A stretch of 64,000 bases of DNA from Alphaproteobacteria bacterium. Lineage in GTDB: Bacteria; Pseudomonadota; Alphaproteobacteria; UBA7887. The stretch spans positions 2,127,047 through 2,191,046 of the forward strand of contig OZ241752.1 in NCBI GenBank assembly GCA_965201155.1, written 5' to 3'. The notes beneath the pieces were generated by a model. That model saw only the letters and a list, made by a program, of their open reading frames with translations. It had not been told where the DNA came from and made no database searches. The number at the start of each line of letters is the position of its first letter. The stretch's first letter is position 1. Shown piece by piece: positions 27,730 through 38,414 of the stretch. The translations under genes and the position numbers were made by a program.

Positions 27730-28931
27730 TGGGCGGGAGGGGAACGCCCACTTGCGACTTTGATGCGATCGTGGTCGGCGCTGGCATTGTTGGCGCGGGG
27801 GCCGCATTCGCACTTGCCCGGAAAGGCTTCCGGGTAGCTCTCCTCGACTCCGGTCCCGCCGGAGTTTCATCGGGGCAGGTGAGGGGGGCCAGCGGCGCGA
27901 GCTTCGCCTGGATCAACGCGACGGCCAAGACTGACCGGGAGGACTATCATCGGCTGAACGCCTGCGGCGCCGAGCACTATCGCGCCCTCGCGCGCGAATT
28001 TGGCGAGGCGCGCATCGGACTCCACCCGACCGGGATGATCGCGTGGGCCAATCCGGACGATGAGAGGCGCCGCAAGGCACTGCGCGGCCAGATCGTTCGG
28101 CTGCAGCAATGGAATTACCCGGTCACCCCTCTCGACACGGACGGCCTGCGGGCACTCGAACCGCATGTCGCCTTTGCTGCCGGTGCGGAAGGTTTCCTCG
28201 CCTGGGGGGACGCATGGCTCGATGCGCCGCGTACCATCGACCTTCTCTGCGAGGAAGTACGGACGCGGGGAGGAACGGTGATTACAGGCGAACGGGGACG
28301 CGTCGCGGGGCTGCAACGGAACGAAGCGGGCGCGGTGCAGGGTGTCGTGGCCGGCAGCGAACGGTTCACCGCCCCGGTGGTGATCACTGCCCTTGGCCCT
28401 CATACCGAAGAGTCCCTCAGGGCATGGCTTCGGCCAGGGGAACTCGGCAATCGGAAGTTCCTCACTCGCCGGCCCGGACTCCTGGTGGACACGCCGGATT
28501 CGGGACCGTTCCGGCTCGTGCGCCATGTGCTCTACAGCGGAGACAACGCTTTCCACCTTCGCCCGGAACCTTCGGGCGGTCTTCGCATCGGCTCCGAGGA
28601 TGCGGACCCCGAAAGCGAGACGCCTGACGACGCGATAGCGCGGGCGGTCGCACTGCTCCACCGGGCACGCGCCCTGATTCCTGCGCTTGGCGGAGAGGAG
28701 CCGGTCGAATCGCTGGCCCTGAAATGCGGGATCCGCATCGGAATCCGGCCGGTGCCGGTGGACAACCACCCCATCATCGGCCCCGTCGGAAGCGTTCGCG
28801 GCCTCTATGTCATCGTCACCCATAGCGGGGTGACCCTCGGCCCGCATCTCGGGCAGCTTGCTGCGGAAGAGCTTGCGACGGGGAGTATGCCGGAGCAGCT
28901 TGCACTGTTCCGCTTTGACCGCTTCACCTGA
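27729..28931 (+). CDS. FAD-dependent oxidoreductase (DAO / glycine-oxidase-like family)
   Basis: The in-frame ATG at 27729 overlaps the upstream stop. N-terminal dinucleotide fold FDAIVVGAGIVGAGAAFALARKGFRVALLD. About 400 aa. Confidence 0.75.
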   Translation: MGGRGTPTCDFDAIVVGAGIVGAGAAFALARKGFRVALLDSGPAGVSSGQVRGASGASFAWINATAKTDREDYHRLNACGAEHYRALAREFGEARIGLHPTGMIAWANPDDERRRKALRGQIVRLQQWNYPVTPLDTDGLRALEPHVAFAAGAEGFLAWGDAWLDAPRTIDLLCEEVRTRGGTVITGERGRVAGLQRNEAGAVQGVVAGSERFTAPVVITALGPHTEESLRAWLRPGELGNRKFLTRRPGLLVDTPDSGPFRLVRHVLYSGDNAFHLRPEPSGGLRIGSEDADPESETPDDAIARAVALLHRARALIPALGGEEPVESLALKCGIRIGIRPVPVDNHPIIGPVGSVRGLYVIVTHSGVTLGPHLGQLAAEELATGSMPEQLALFRFDRFT

Positions 28932-29032
28932 CCGCCTTGTAAAGCAGCGCCCGGTTGGCGGCGGTTGCCGCGGCGGCGGAACTTGTCCATCATTGCGCCT
29001 GCTTCGGTCGTTCTCCGGGCGGAGGCTGACGC

Positions 29033-30898
29033 ATGAGTTTCCCGCCGCAGTTTCTCGACGAATTGCGCGCCCGGCTGCGGCTCAGCGACCGGATCGGTCG
29101 CGCCGTGCGCCTTGCCCGCCGCGGGCGCGAACATGTCGGGTTGTGTCCGTTTCACCAGGAAAAAACGCCGTCATTCACGGTGAGTGACGAGAAGGGCTTT
29201 TTTCACTGCTTCGGCTGCGGCGCGCATGGCGACATCATCGGCTTCGCCATGCAGCATGACGGGTTGACCTTTCCCGATGCAGTGGGGGTGCTCGCGGCTG
29301 AAGCGGGTCTCAGCGTGCCCGAACCCTCGCCCGAGGCGCGCGCCCAGGCGCGGCTGCGCGAGAGCGTGCAGGAGGCGCTGGAGTTCGCCGCCGGCTGGTT
29401 CGCACGCGCGCTGGTGCGCCGCGACGAACCCGCGGGTGCGCGCTATCTGAACGGACGCGGCGTGAGCGCCGAAATGATCTCGCGATTTCGCCTCGGTTAC
29501 GCGCCGGTGTCCGGGAGGGCTCTGGCGGCGGTGCTGAAAGGCGAGGGGATTTCGGAGACTCTGGCCTGCGAGGCCGGGTTGCTGCGGCGGCACGACGGCG
29601 GACGCGCAGACCGGGATTTTTTCTTCGGGCGGGTGATGTTCCCCATCACCGACCGCCGCAACCACGTGATCGGCTTCGGTGCGCGCAGCCTGGGAGAGGC
29701 GCAGCCGAAATATCTCAATTCGCCGGAATCCCCGGTTTTTCGCAAGCGCCGCACGCTGTTCAATCTGGCCGGCGCGCGCAAGCCGGCGCGCGATGCCGAG
29801 AGGGTGGTGGTTGCTGAAGGCTATATGGACGTCATTGCCCTTGTGCAGGCGGGAATCAAACATGCGGTGGCCCCGCTCGGCACGGCCTTGAGCGCGGAAC
29901 AATTGCAGGAATTGTGGCGCCTGGCTGCGGAACCTGTGCTGTGCCTCGACGGCGACCGTGCGGGGCGTGCGGCAGCGGTGCGCGCCGCCGCCGGCGCCCT
30001 GCCGCTGCTGAAGCCGGGCCAGTCGCTGGCTTTCGTCTTTCTGCCGGAGGGAGATGACCCGGACAGCCTGCTCCGCCGCGCCGGCGCCGGCGCCCTGCGT
30101 GAGCGGCTGGCGGCGGCGGCGCCGCTGGCCGACCTGATCTGGCGCGATCTTACTGCCGGCAAGACGGCGAATACGCCTGAGCGGCGTGCCGGATTGCGGC
30201 AGGCTATTGACGCTCGTCTGCAGGAAATCGCCGATGAGCGCGTACGGGCGCAATACCGCCAGGCATTCCGGGCGCGTTTCGACGCTGCATATTCCCCGCC
30301 GCGCCATCGCGGCTGGCGACCGGATGCAGAAGGCCAGCGCCGCGACGGCGGACGCCCGGGCGCCTGGGAACACGGGGCGCCCGCGCCGCCGCCCGATGAC
30401 GGGGCACGGCGCGAGCGCCTGATGCTCGCCACATTGCTCAATCATCCGGAATTGCTGGCGGTCGTGGCGGAGGAACTGGCCGGTATGGATTTCCGCACGG
30501 AAGGCTTGCGCCGCCTAAGCGGCGTGCTCATCGACTTCGCCGCAGCTGCTGCGGACATGGCAGACGACAAATGCAGCGCGGCGCTGCGCGAACGGCTGGC
30601 GGCGGCGGACGCGCTCGGCTATGCGGACCGCCTGCTATGGCCCGACGAATGGGATGGCGGCCATCTCGCCGAATCATTTGCGCGCGCCGACGCCAGCGCC
30701 GAGGCGGCGCTGGCCGGGTTTCGCCATCTTGCCGCGCGCCACCGCCGGCAGGCGGTACTCGCCGACCTGCAGGCCGCTGAAGACGCGCTTTCCGAGCGGA
30801 TGGACAAGGAATCCCTTGCCCGATTGGTCCATCTGCAGCAGCAGTTGAGCTCATTGGACAAACTGGAGGAGAACGCGGGGCGCAGCGCCGGGCCCTGA
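29033..30898 (+). CDS. dnaG: DNA primase
   Basis: 621 aa. Zinc-ribbon CPFHQEKTPSFTVSDEKGFFHCFGCGAHGD, TOPRIM domain (EGYMDVIAL) and a C-terminal helicase-interaction domain. Confidence 0.9.
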   Translation: MSFPPQFLDELRARLRLSDRIGRAVRLARRGREHVGLCPFHQEKTPSFTVSDEKGFFHCFGCGAHGDIIGFAMQHDGLTFPDAVGVLAAEAGLSVPEPSPEARAQARLRESVQEALEFAAGWFARALVRRDEPAGARYLNGRGVSAEMISRFRLGYAPVSGRALAAVLKGEGISETLACEAGLLRRHDGGRADRDFFFGRVMFPITDRRNHVIGFGARSLGEAQPKYLNSPESPVFRKRRTLFNLAGARKPARDAERVVVAEGYMDVIALVQAGIKHAVAPLGTALSAEQLQELWRLAAEPVLCLDGDRAGRAAAVRAAAGALPLLKPGQSLAFVFLPEGDDPDSLLRRAGAGALRERLAAAAPLADLIWRDLTAGKTANTPERRAGLRQAIDARLQEIADERVRAQYRQAFRARFDAAYSPPRHRGWRPDAEGQRRDGGRPGAWEHGAPAPPPDDGARRERLMLATLLNHPELLAVVAEELAGMDFRTEGLRRLSGVLIDFAAAAADMADDKCSAALRERLAAADALGYADRLLWPDEWDGGHLAESFARADASAEAALAGFRHLAARHRRQAVLADLQAAEDALSERMDKESLARLVHLQQQLSSLDKLEENAGRSAGP

Positions 30899-30902
30899 CG
30901 CT

Positions 30903-30935
30903 TGTTTTGCGATATATTCACATTATCTGGAAGGG
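30903..30935 (+). promoter_or_regulatory. Putative rpoD promoter region (AT-richer -10-like TATATT/CATTAT elements)
   Basis: Seen directly: cttgttttgcgatatattcacattatctg sits 50-80 bp upstream of the rpoD ATG. No consensus match is claimed. Confidence 0.25.
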
Positions 30936-30985
30936 TTCGGCGGCGGCGGACGCGCTGGAGAGCGTGAACAGGAAGCAGGTGGCGG

Positions 30986-32983
<1,998 letters not shown>

Positions 32984-33064
32984 GCGTCGGGGCCGCGGCG
33001 CGTATCCCGGTCTGACCGGCTCGCCGCTGCGCCCCGCGCCGTATCGCTCCGCTCCAGCGTTTTC

Positions 33065-34027
33065 ATGACCAGCTATATCCTGCGCCGGCTGATCTTCGGA
33101 GCGCTGACCGTGTTCGGCGTGTCCATCGCCGTGTTTCTCATCATGCGGGTGATGCCCGGCGACCCGTTGACGGCAATTTTCGGCCCGGAGGGCATGACGC
33201 GGCTCACCGACGAGCAGCGCCAGAGCTACATGCAGGAGCTGGGCCTCGCCGACCCGCTGATCGTGCAATATCTGGGCTGGCTCGGCGATATCGCGCGCGG
33301 CGATCTGGGGCAGTCTTTCTTCCGCGCCGAAAGCGTGGGCGAGATGGTGATGCGGCGCGGCCCGCTGACCGCGCAAATCGCCATCCTCTCCGTCATCCTG
33401 TCGTGGATCATCGGCATTCCCGTTGCGCTGGTCAGCGTCATGCGGCCCAATAGCTGGGCCGATTTCGTGGTGCGCATCGTTTCCATCACCTGCCTGGCGG
33501 TGCCCGGCTTCTGGCTTGGCATGTTGATTGTACTGGGGCTTGTACTGGGGTTCGGCTATCGCGCACCGCTGACGACCTCCGGCATGTCGCTGTTTGAAGC
33601 GCCATGGACCACGTTCCAGATCATCATCGGTCCGACGGTGGTACTCGCCATCGGCCAGGCCGCCTATATCGCGCGAATGACCCGGTCTTCCCTGCTGGAA
33701 GTCATTCGTGAAGACTATGTGCGCACGGCGCGCGCCAAGGGGCTGAGCGGGCGCCTCGTCGTCTGCCTGCACGCGCTGCCCAACGCGCTGCTTCCGGTGA
33801 TCACGCTTTCCGGCGTCCTGTTCGGCTTCATCCTCGCCGGTTCCATTCCCGTGGAGCGCGCCTTTGGCGCGCCCGGGCTGGGCTACGCCATGTTCACGGC
33901 GGTCAATGAGCGCGACATTTTCGTCATGCAAAACCTGATCTTCATCTACTCTATCGTGTTTGTGTCGCTGAATATCGTCGTCGACATCGTGATTGCCTGG
34001 ATCGATCCGCGGATTCGCTATCGATGA
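33065..34027 (+). CDS. ABC transporter permease (DppB/OppB-like, peptide/nickel family)
   Basis: 320 aa, 6 TM. EAA-like loop (IARMTRSSLLEVIREDYVRTARAKG). Confidence 0.85.
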   Translation: MTSYILRRLIFGALTVFGVSIAVFLIMRVMPGDPLTAIFGPEGMTRLTDEQRQSYMQELGLADPLIVQYLGWLGDIARGDLGQSFFRAESVGEMVMRRGPLTAQIAILSVILSWIIGIPVALVSVMRPNSWADFVVRIVSITCLAVPGFWLGMLIVLGLVLGFGYRAPLTTSGMSLFEAPWTTFQIIIGPTVVLAIGQAAYIARMTRSSLLEVIREDYVRTARAKGLSGRLVVCLHALPNALLPVITLSGVLFGFILAGSIPVERAFGAPGLGYAMFTAVNERDIFVMQNLIFIYSIVFVSLNIVVDIVIAWIDPRIRYR

Positions 34028-34917
34028 TGGTGGAGTCGCACGAAACACAGATGGCGCCGCTGCTTCTGCGGCGTGTCGGGCGCCGGCTGGTCCGGTTTGC
34101 CCGGCGTTCGCCCCTGTCGGCCTTCTGGGGTGTCATCGCCGCCTTGATTGTGCTGGTGGCGTTTACAGCGCCCCTCATCGCCCCTTACGAGCCGCTGGCG
34201 TCGGACTTCATGCGGATGCAGGTGCCGCCCGACTCGACCAACTGGTTCGGCACCGACCAGATCGGCCGCGACACGCTCTCCCGGGTCATTTACGGCAGCC
34301 GGCTGTCCCTCACCGTCGCCCTGTTTTCCGTCTTGATCGGTACCACACTGGGGTCGTTATGGGGCTTGGCCTGCGGCTATTTCGGCGGCTGGTTCGATAC
34401 GGTCAGTCAACGGCTGATCGAGTTCTTCCAGGCTTTTCCGGACCTCATCCTGGCCATGGCGATCGCCATGGCGCTGGGGTCCGGCACCACCACGGTGATC
34501 ATCGCCATCGCCATTACGCGCATCCCGTTCGGCGGGCGGGTGATCCGCTCGGTGGTACTCTCCCTGAAGGAAATGGCCTATGTGGAGGCGGCGCGCGGCG
34601 TCGGCGCCTCGCATGTGCGCATCATGCTGCGGCACATCCTGCCCCAGTGCGTCGCGCCATATCTGATCCTGGCCACCACCCATCTGGGGGTGGCGATCAT
34701 CATCGAGGCGTCGCTTGGCTTTCTGGGGGTAGGGGTGCCGCCGCCAACGCCGACCTGGGGCAATATGCTGGCCGATGCGCTGAATTCCGGCCTTGAGCCG
34801 CGCTGGTGGCTTTATGTGTTCCCCGGCCTCGCAATCACCATCACCGTCCTCGCCTTCAACCTGCTGGGCGACGGCATCCGCGACGCACTCGACCCGCGCC
34901 TGCGCGGCTCGGTCTGA
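34024..34917 (+). CDS. ABC transporter permease (DppC/OppC-like)
   Basis: 297 aa. The N-terminal region (WFGTDQIGRDTLSRVIYGSR) is typical of DppC. Overlaps the upstream gene by 4 nt. Confidence 0.85.
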   Translation: MMVESHETQMAPLLLRRVGRRLVRFARRSPLSAFWGVIAALIVLVAFTAPLIAPYEPLASDFMRMQVPPDSTNWFGTDQIGRDTLSRVIYGSRLSLTVALFSVLIGTTLGSLWGLACGYFGGWFDTVSQRLIEFFQAFPDLILAMAIAMALGSGTTTVIIAIAITRIPFGGRVIRSVVLSLKEMAYVEAARGVGASHVRIMLRHILPQCVAPYLILATTHLGVAIIIEASLGFLGVGVPPPTPTWGNMLADALNSGLEPRWWLYVFPGLAITITVLAFNLLGDGIRDALDPRLRGSV

Positions 34918-34953
34918 GCGTCGTTTGGCAGAACACCAGAAAGGAGGCGCGCC

Positions 34954-35637
34954 GTGAGGATCGACGTCATTTCGGATACCGTCTGCCCGTGGTGCTATAT
35001 CGGAAAGCGGCGGCTGGACCGGGCGCTGGCGGAGAGCAGCGCAGCGCAGGCCATGGTGGTGTGGCACCCTTTTCAGCTCAACCCGGACATGCCGGCTGCG
35101 GGCATGGACCGCGGCGAATATCTTGCGCTCAAATTCGGCAGCGAGTCACGGGCGCGAAACGCCTATCGAATGGTCGCCGAGGCAGCCGAGCGCGAGACGC
35201 TGGGGTTCAATCTTGACGCCATCAAGCGCACGCCCAATACGCTCGATTCCCACCGCCTGATACATCATGCCGGCAGTTGCAGCGCGCAGACACAGGAACG
35301 GGTGGTCGAAGCGTTGTTCCAGGCTTATTTTGTTGACGGTGCTGATATCGGCGACGCCGAGGTGCTGGCGGCTGTCGCAGGTTCATGCGGCCTCGACGCG
35401 AACGCAATCCGCGCACGGCTGGCCGGTGATGCCGACCGGGCACTGGTTCAGAAGCATGACAGCCAAGCGCGCGCGGCGAATATTCGCGGTGTGCCGTGCT
35501 TCATTATCGACGGCCGCTACGCCATTCACGGCGCGCAGGAACCGGAAGTCCTGCGCCAGGTATTCGCGGTTGCCCAAGCAGAACGCACACCGGACCCCGT
35601 ACCGGCAAGGGCAGCGCCCGTGCTGACAAGCGTATGA
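34954..35637 (+). CDS. DsbA-family thiol-disulfide oxidoreductase (FrnE-like)
   Basis: 227 aa. N-terminal CPWC active site (ISDTVCPWCYIGKRRL). Confidence 0.8.
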   Translation: MRIDVISDTVCPWCYIGKRRLDRALAESSAAQAMVVWHPFQLNPDMPAAGMDRGEYLALKFGSESRARNAYRMVAEAAERETLGFNLDAIKRTPNTLDSHRLIHHAGSCSAQTQERVVEALFQAYFVDGADIGDAEVLAAVAGSCGLDANAIRARLAGDADRALVQKHDSQARAANIRGVPCFIIDGRYAIHGAQEPEVLRQVFAVAQAERTPDPVPARAAPVLTSV

Positions 35638-35702
35638 CCACAAAATGAAAGAGCCGGCTGCACGGTGGCAGCCGGCTCCATGGTCGGGTATCCGACGAGC
35701 GC

Positions 35703-37439
35703 TCAGTTGTCGAGGGCAAATACCCAGAGCACGCCGCCGGTAGGAGTGCTGATGTCCTCCGGAACCAGCGGATGCGGGGTTTCCGCGACTGCCGCATTCA
35801 GGGAGTCTTCCATGCGCACCGCGTCAACGCCCCATCCTGCTTGCACGGCGATATATTGCTTGCCGTTGATGGCATAGGATGACGGCACTGCCGTGATGCC
35901 GGAATTGGTGCGGAACTGCCACAGGATTTCGCCCGTTTCCCCGTCAAAGGCACGGAAATAGCGGTCCCATGTACCGCCGCCGAACACAAGGCCGCCGCCC
36001 GTGGTCAAGAGCGGGCCCCAATTGAACGACGTGAAGTTCTGCGTCCACACTTCCTCGCCGGTGTTCAGATTCCAGGCCTGTACCTCGCCGATATGCTCGG
36101 CATCTTCATGCAGATACATCTTGATGTCCGGAATCGGCACGCCCAGCCATAGTTCGCCGGGGATGTATTCCTGCACCTCACCGACCAGCGAACCGCAGAG
36201 ATTCTCGTTCACTGGAATGTAGAACAGGCCGGTTTTCGGGTTGTAGGCTTCCGGCGGCCAGTCCTTGCCGCCCCACAGGGACGGGCAGAACATGGTCATG
36301 CGGCCGACGCGCGGCTTCTTCGCCTCGTCATAGGTCGGACGCCCGGTTGCCGGGTCGATACTGGTGAACACATCCTGGCGGACATATTTGTGGGCGTCCA
36401 CAAAGCCGATCTCGCCGCCCGTGCCACGGTCCATGAGCCACAGATAGCCGTTGCGCCCGGCATGGGCGAGGCCGTTGATCTGCTTGCCGTCACGCTCGAT
36501 CGGAAGCAGGATCGGGGTGGAAACTTCGTCCCAGTCCCACGAATCATTCCAGTGATACTGGTGGTAGCCGACCAGTTCGCCGTCGGAAACGCGGACGGCG
36601 ATTGCCGAGGTGGTGTACAGGTTGTCACCGGGATGCATGTCGCCGGTCCAGGGCGCGGCATTGCCCGTGCCCCAATAGGAGATGCCGGTTTCCGGGTCGT
36701 AATTGCCGGTAAGCCAGATCGACGCACCGCCGGTCACCCAGTCATCGCCCTCCCATGTGTCATGGCCGAATTCGCCCGGCCCGGGAATGCTGTGGCGTAC
36801 CCACAGGGTCTCGCCGGTTGCGGCGTCCAGCGCCGTTATGTGGCCGCGAATGCCATATTCACCGCCCGATGTGCCGACCATGACGACACCTTCCGCGATC
36901 AGCGGCGCCATGGTCATGTAATAGCCGTTTTCCCAACTGTCGGTCGCGGTGCGCCACACTTCTTCACCGGTTGCGGCGTTGAGCGCCACGACATGGCAGT
37001 CCGTGGTCACGACATAGGCGTTGTCGCCATAGAGCCCCACGCCGCGGTTGGTCGGATGAACCTGCCACAGTTCCTCGGGAATTTCGTGCTTGAAGCGCCA
37101 GATTTCCTCGCCGGTCTCGGCATTGAGCGCCACCACCTGGTTCTGCGGGGTGGTGATGAACATGATGCCGTCATTGACGATCGCAGGCGACTGATGGCCT
37201 TCCCCGACATTGGTCGAAAAGGCCCAGGCCGGTTGCAGATCCGCCACATTGCCGGTGTTGATCTGTTCCAGCGGGCTGTATCCCCAACCGTGATAATTTC
37301 CGCGATACATGAGCCAGTTATGCGGCTCGGGGTTGGCCAGCCGCTCGTCCGTCACCGTCGAGTATTCGGCGGCGGCAACCCCCGGCAAAAGGAGCGCAGA
37401 CGCCAGCAGCGCCGCCGCAAACTTGCCTCTGATAACCAT
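35703..37439 (-). CDS. PQQ-dependent dehydrogenase, methanol/ethanol family (no vicinal Cys pair)
   Basis: 578 aa. Signal peptide (MVIRGKFAAALLASALLLPGVAAAE). Eight-bladed propeller with Trp-docking repeats (ALNAETGEEIWR, ALNAATGEEVWR, ALDAATGETLWV, AFDGETGEILWQ). Only three Cys, none adjacent. Confidence 0.85.
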   Translation of the reverse strand: MVIRGKFAAALLASALLLPGVAAAEYSTVTDERLANPEPHNWLMYRGNYHGWGYSPLEQINTGNVADLQPAWAFSTNVGEGHQSPAIVNDGIMFITTPQNQVVALNAETGEEIWRFKHEIPEELWQVHPTNRGVGLYGDNAYVVTTDCHVVALNAATGEEVWRTATDSWENGYYMTMAPLIAEGVVMVGTSGGEYGIRGHITALDAATGETLWVRHSIPGPGEFGHDTWEGDDWVTGGASIWLTGNYDPETGISYWGTGNAAPWTGDMHPGDNLYTTSAIAVRVSDGELVGYHQYHWNDSWDWDEVSTPILLPIERDGKQINGLAHAGRNGYLWLMDRGTGGEIGFVDAHKYVRQDVFTSIDPATGRPTYDEAKKPRVGRMTMFCPSLWGGKDWPPEAYNPKTGLFYIPVNENLCGSLVGEVQEYIPGELWLGVPIPDIKMYLHEDAEHIGEVQAWNLNTGEEVWTQNFTSFNWGPLLTTGGGLVFGGGTWDRYFRAFDGETGEILWQFRTNSGITAVPSSYAINGKQYIAVQAGWGVDAVRMEDSLNAAVAETPHPLVPEDISTPTGGVLWVFALDN

Positions 37440-37493
37440 ACCGTTCTCTCCCTTGTTTTTTCGTCGCTATCGATATTGGAGACGAGGCGCCGG

Positions 37494-38114
37494 CTAGCGT
37501 CTCTGCGGTGGTCCCCCCACACGCCCGGTGAAGACGCCGGCAACGGTCAATACGCCGTCGGCGACTTTCAGCGGCAAGGCCGGCAACGCCTTGCGCGCCG
37601 GTCCCGACAGCACCCGGGCGCTGTCTTTCGGATCGAAATTGGTTTCGTGGCAGGGGCAGATGAACACGTGCTTGTCCGGATGCCAGCCGATAACGGTGCA
37701 CTTCTGATGCGTACACACAGCCGAATAGGCAATCACCCCGTCGGCGGCACGATCCCTGACCTCCGCGCTGTACTCCGCGTCGGCCAGCCGCAGCACCAGA
37801 AGCTGGTTGAGCCGCGACCCGTTTCGCATCACGTCATTCACCGGGTCGTAGGGATAGGAGAATGTCGGCCGCTCCGCGAGGGCGATATCGTCCGGGCGGA
37901 TCACCTCACCCTTGCGCGCGCTGCGCGCGAAAGTGAGTTGGTCCCCCGGCCGCGGACGCATCCGCTTCGGGTCTGTCTCCGACCGCTGCGCCCACCCCGT
38001 TCGGGCTGGCAGCAGGCCCGCAGCGGCGGCCATGCCGAACAAACCGCCCAGCACACCGCGCCGGCGCCAGCTACCATTCCGTGCCGCGCATTCCTCGCAC
38101 CGATTCTCAGGCAC
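37494..38114 (-). CDS. Tat-exported Rieske [2Fe-2S] domain protein
   Basis: 206 aa. Twin-arginine motif (SWRRRGVLGGLFGMAAAAGLL). Rieske boxes CTHQKC ... CPCHETNFD. Lies 55 bp upstream of the PQQ dehydrogenase on the same strand. Confidence 0.75.
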   Translation of the reverse strand: MPENRCEECAARNGSWRRRGVLGGLFGMAAAAGLLPARTGWAQRSETDPKRMRPRPGDQLTFARSARKGEVIRPDDIALAERPTFSYPYDPVNDVMRNGSRLNQLLVLRLADAEYSAEVRDRAADGVIAYSAVCTHQKCTVIGWHPDKHVFICPCHETNFDPKDSARVLSGPARKALPALPLKVADGVLTVAGVFTGRVGGPPQRR

Positions 38115-38414
38115 CTTGTCACTCCTTGCAGGTCGATATGCCCGCGAAGGCGTGCATAAAGACTACGTTGGTCGATAATATCCGAAAATCCGCCCTCTGC
38201 ACAATCGCTGTCACAGTGCACATTGGATGAGATCGTCGGAGCGAATTTTTCGAGCCGTAACCGGTCAGGATATGGTAGGGGCGCTGGTCCGCCAAGGGTA
38301 TTGCAGCGCCGCACGGAAGCGGGAAAGAGCGGCTCCAAACCGGCGCCGCAGGTCTGATCGCTCAGGACATGCCGAACAATGCCGCGGCCACAGGGACAGG
38401 ACACGGCATTCGGC

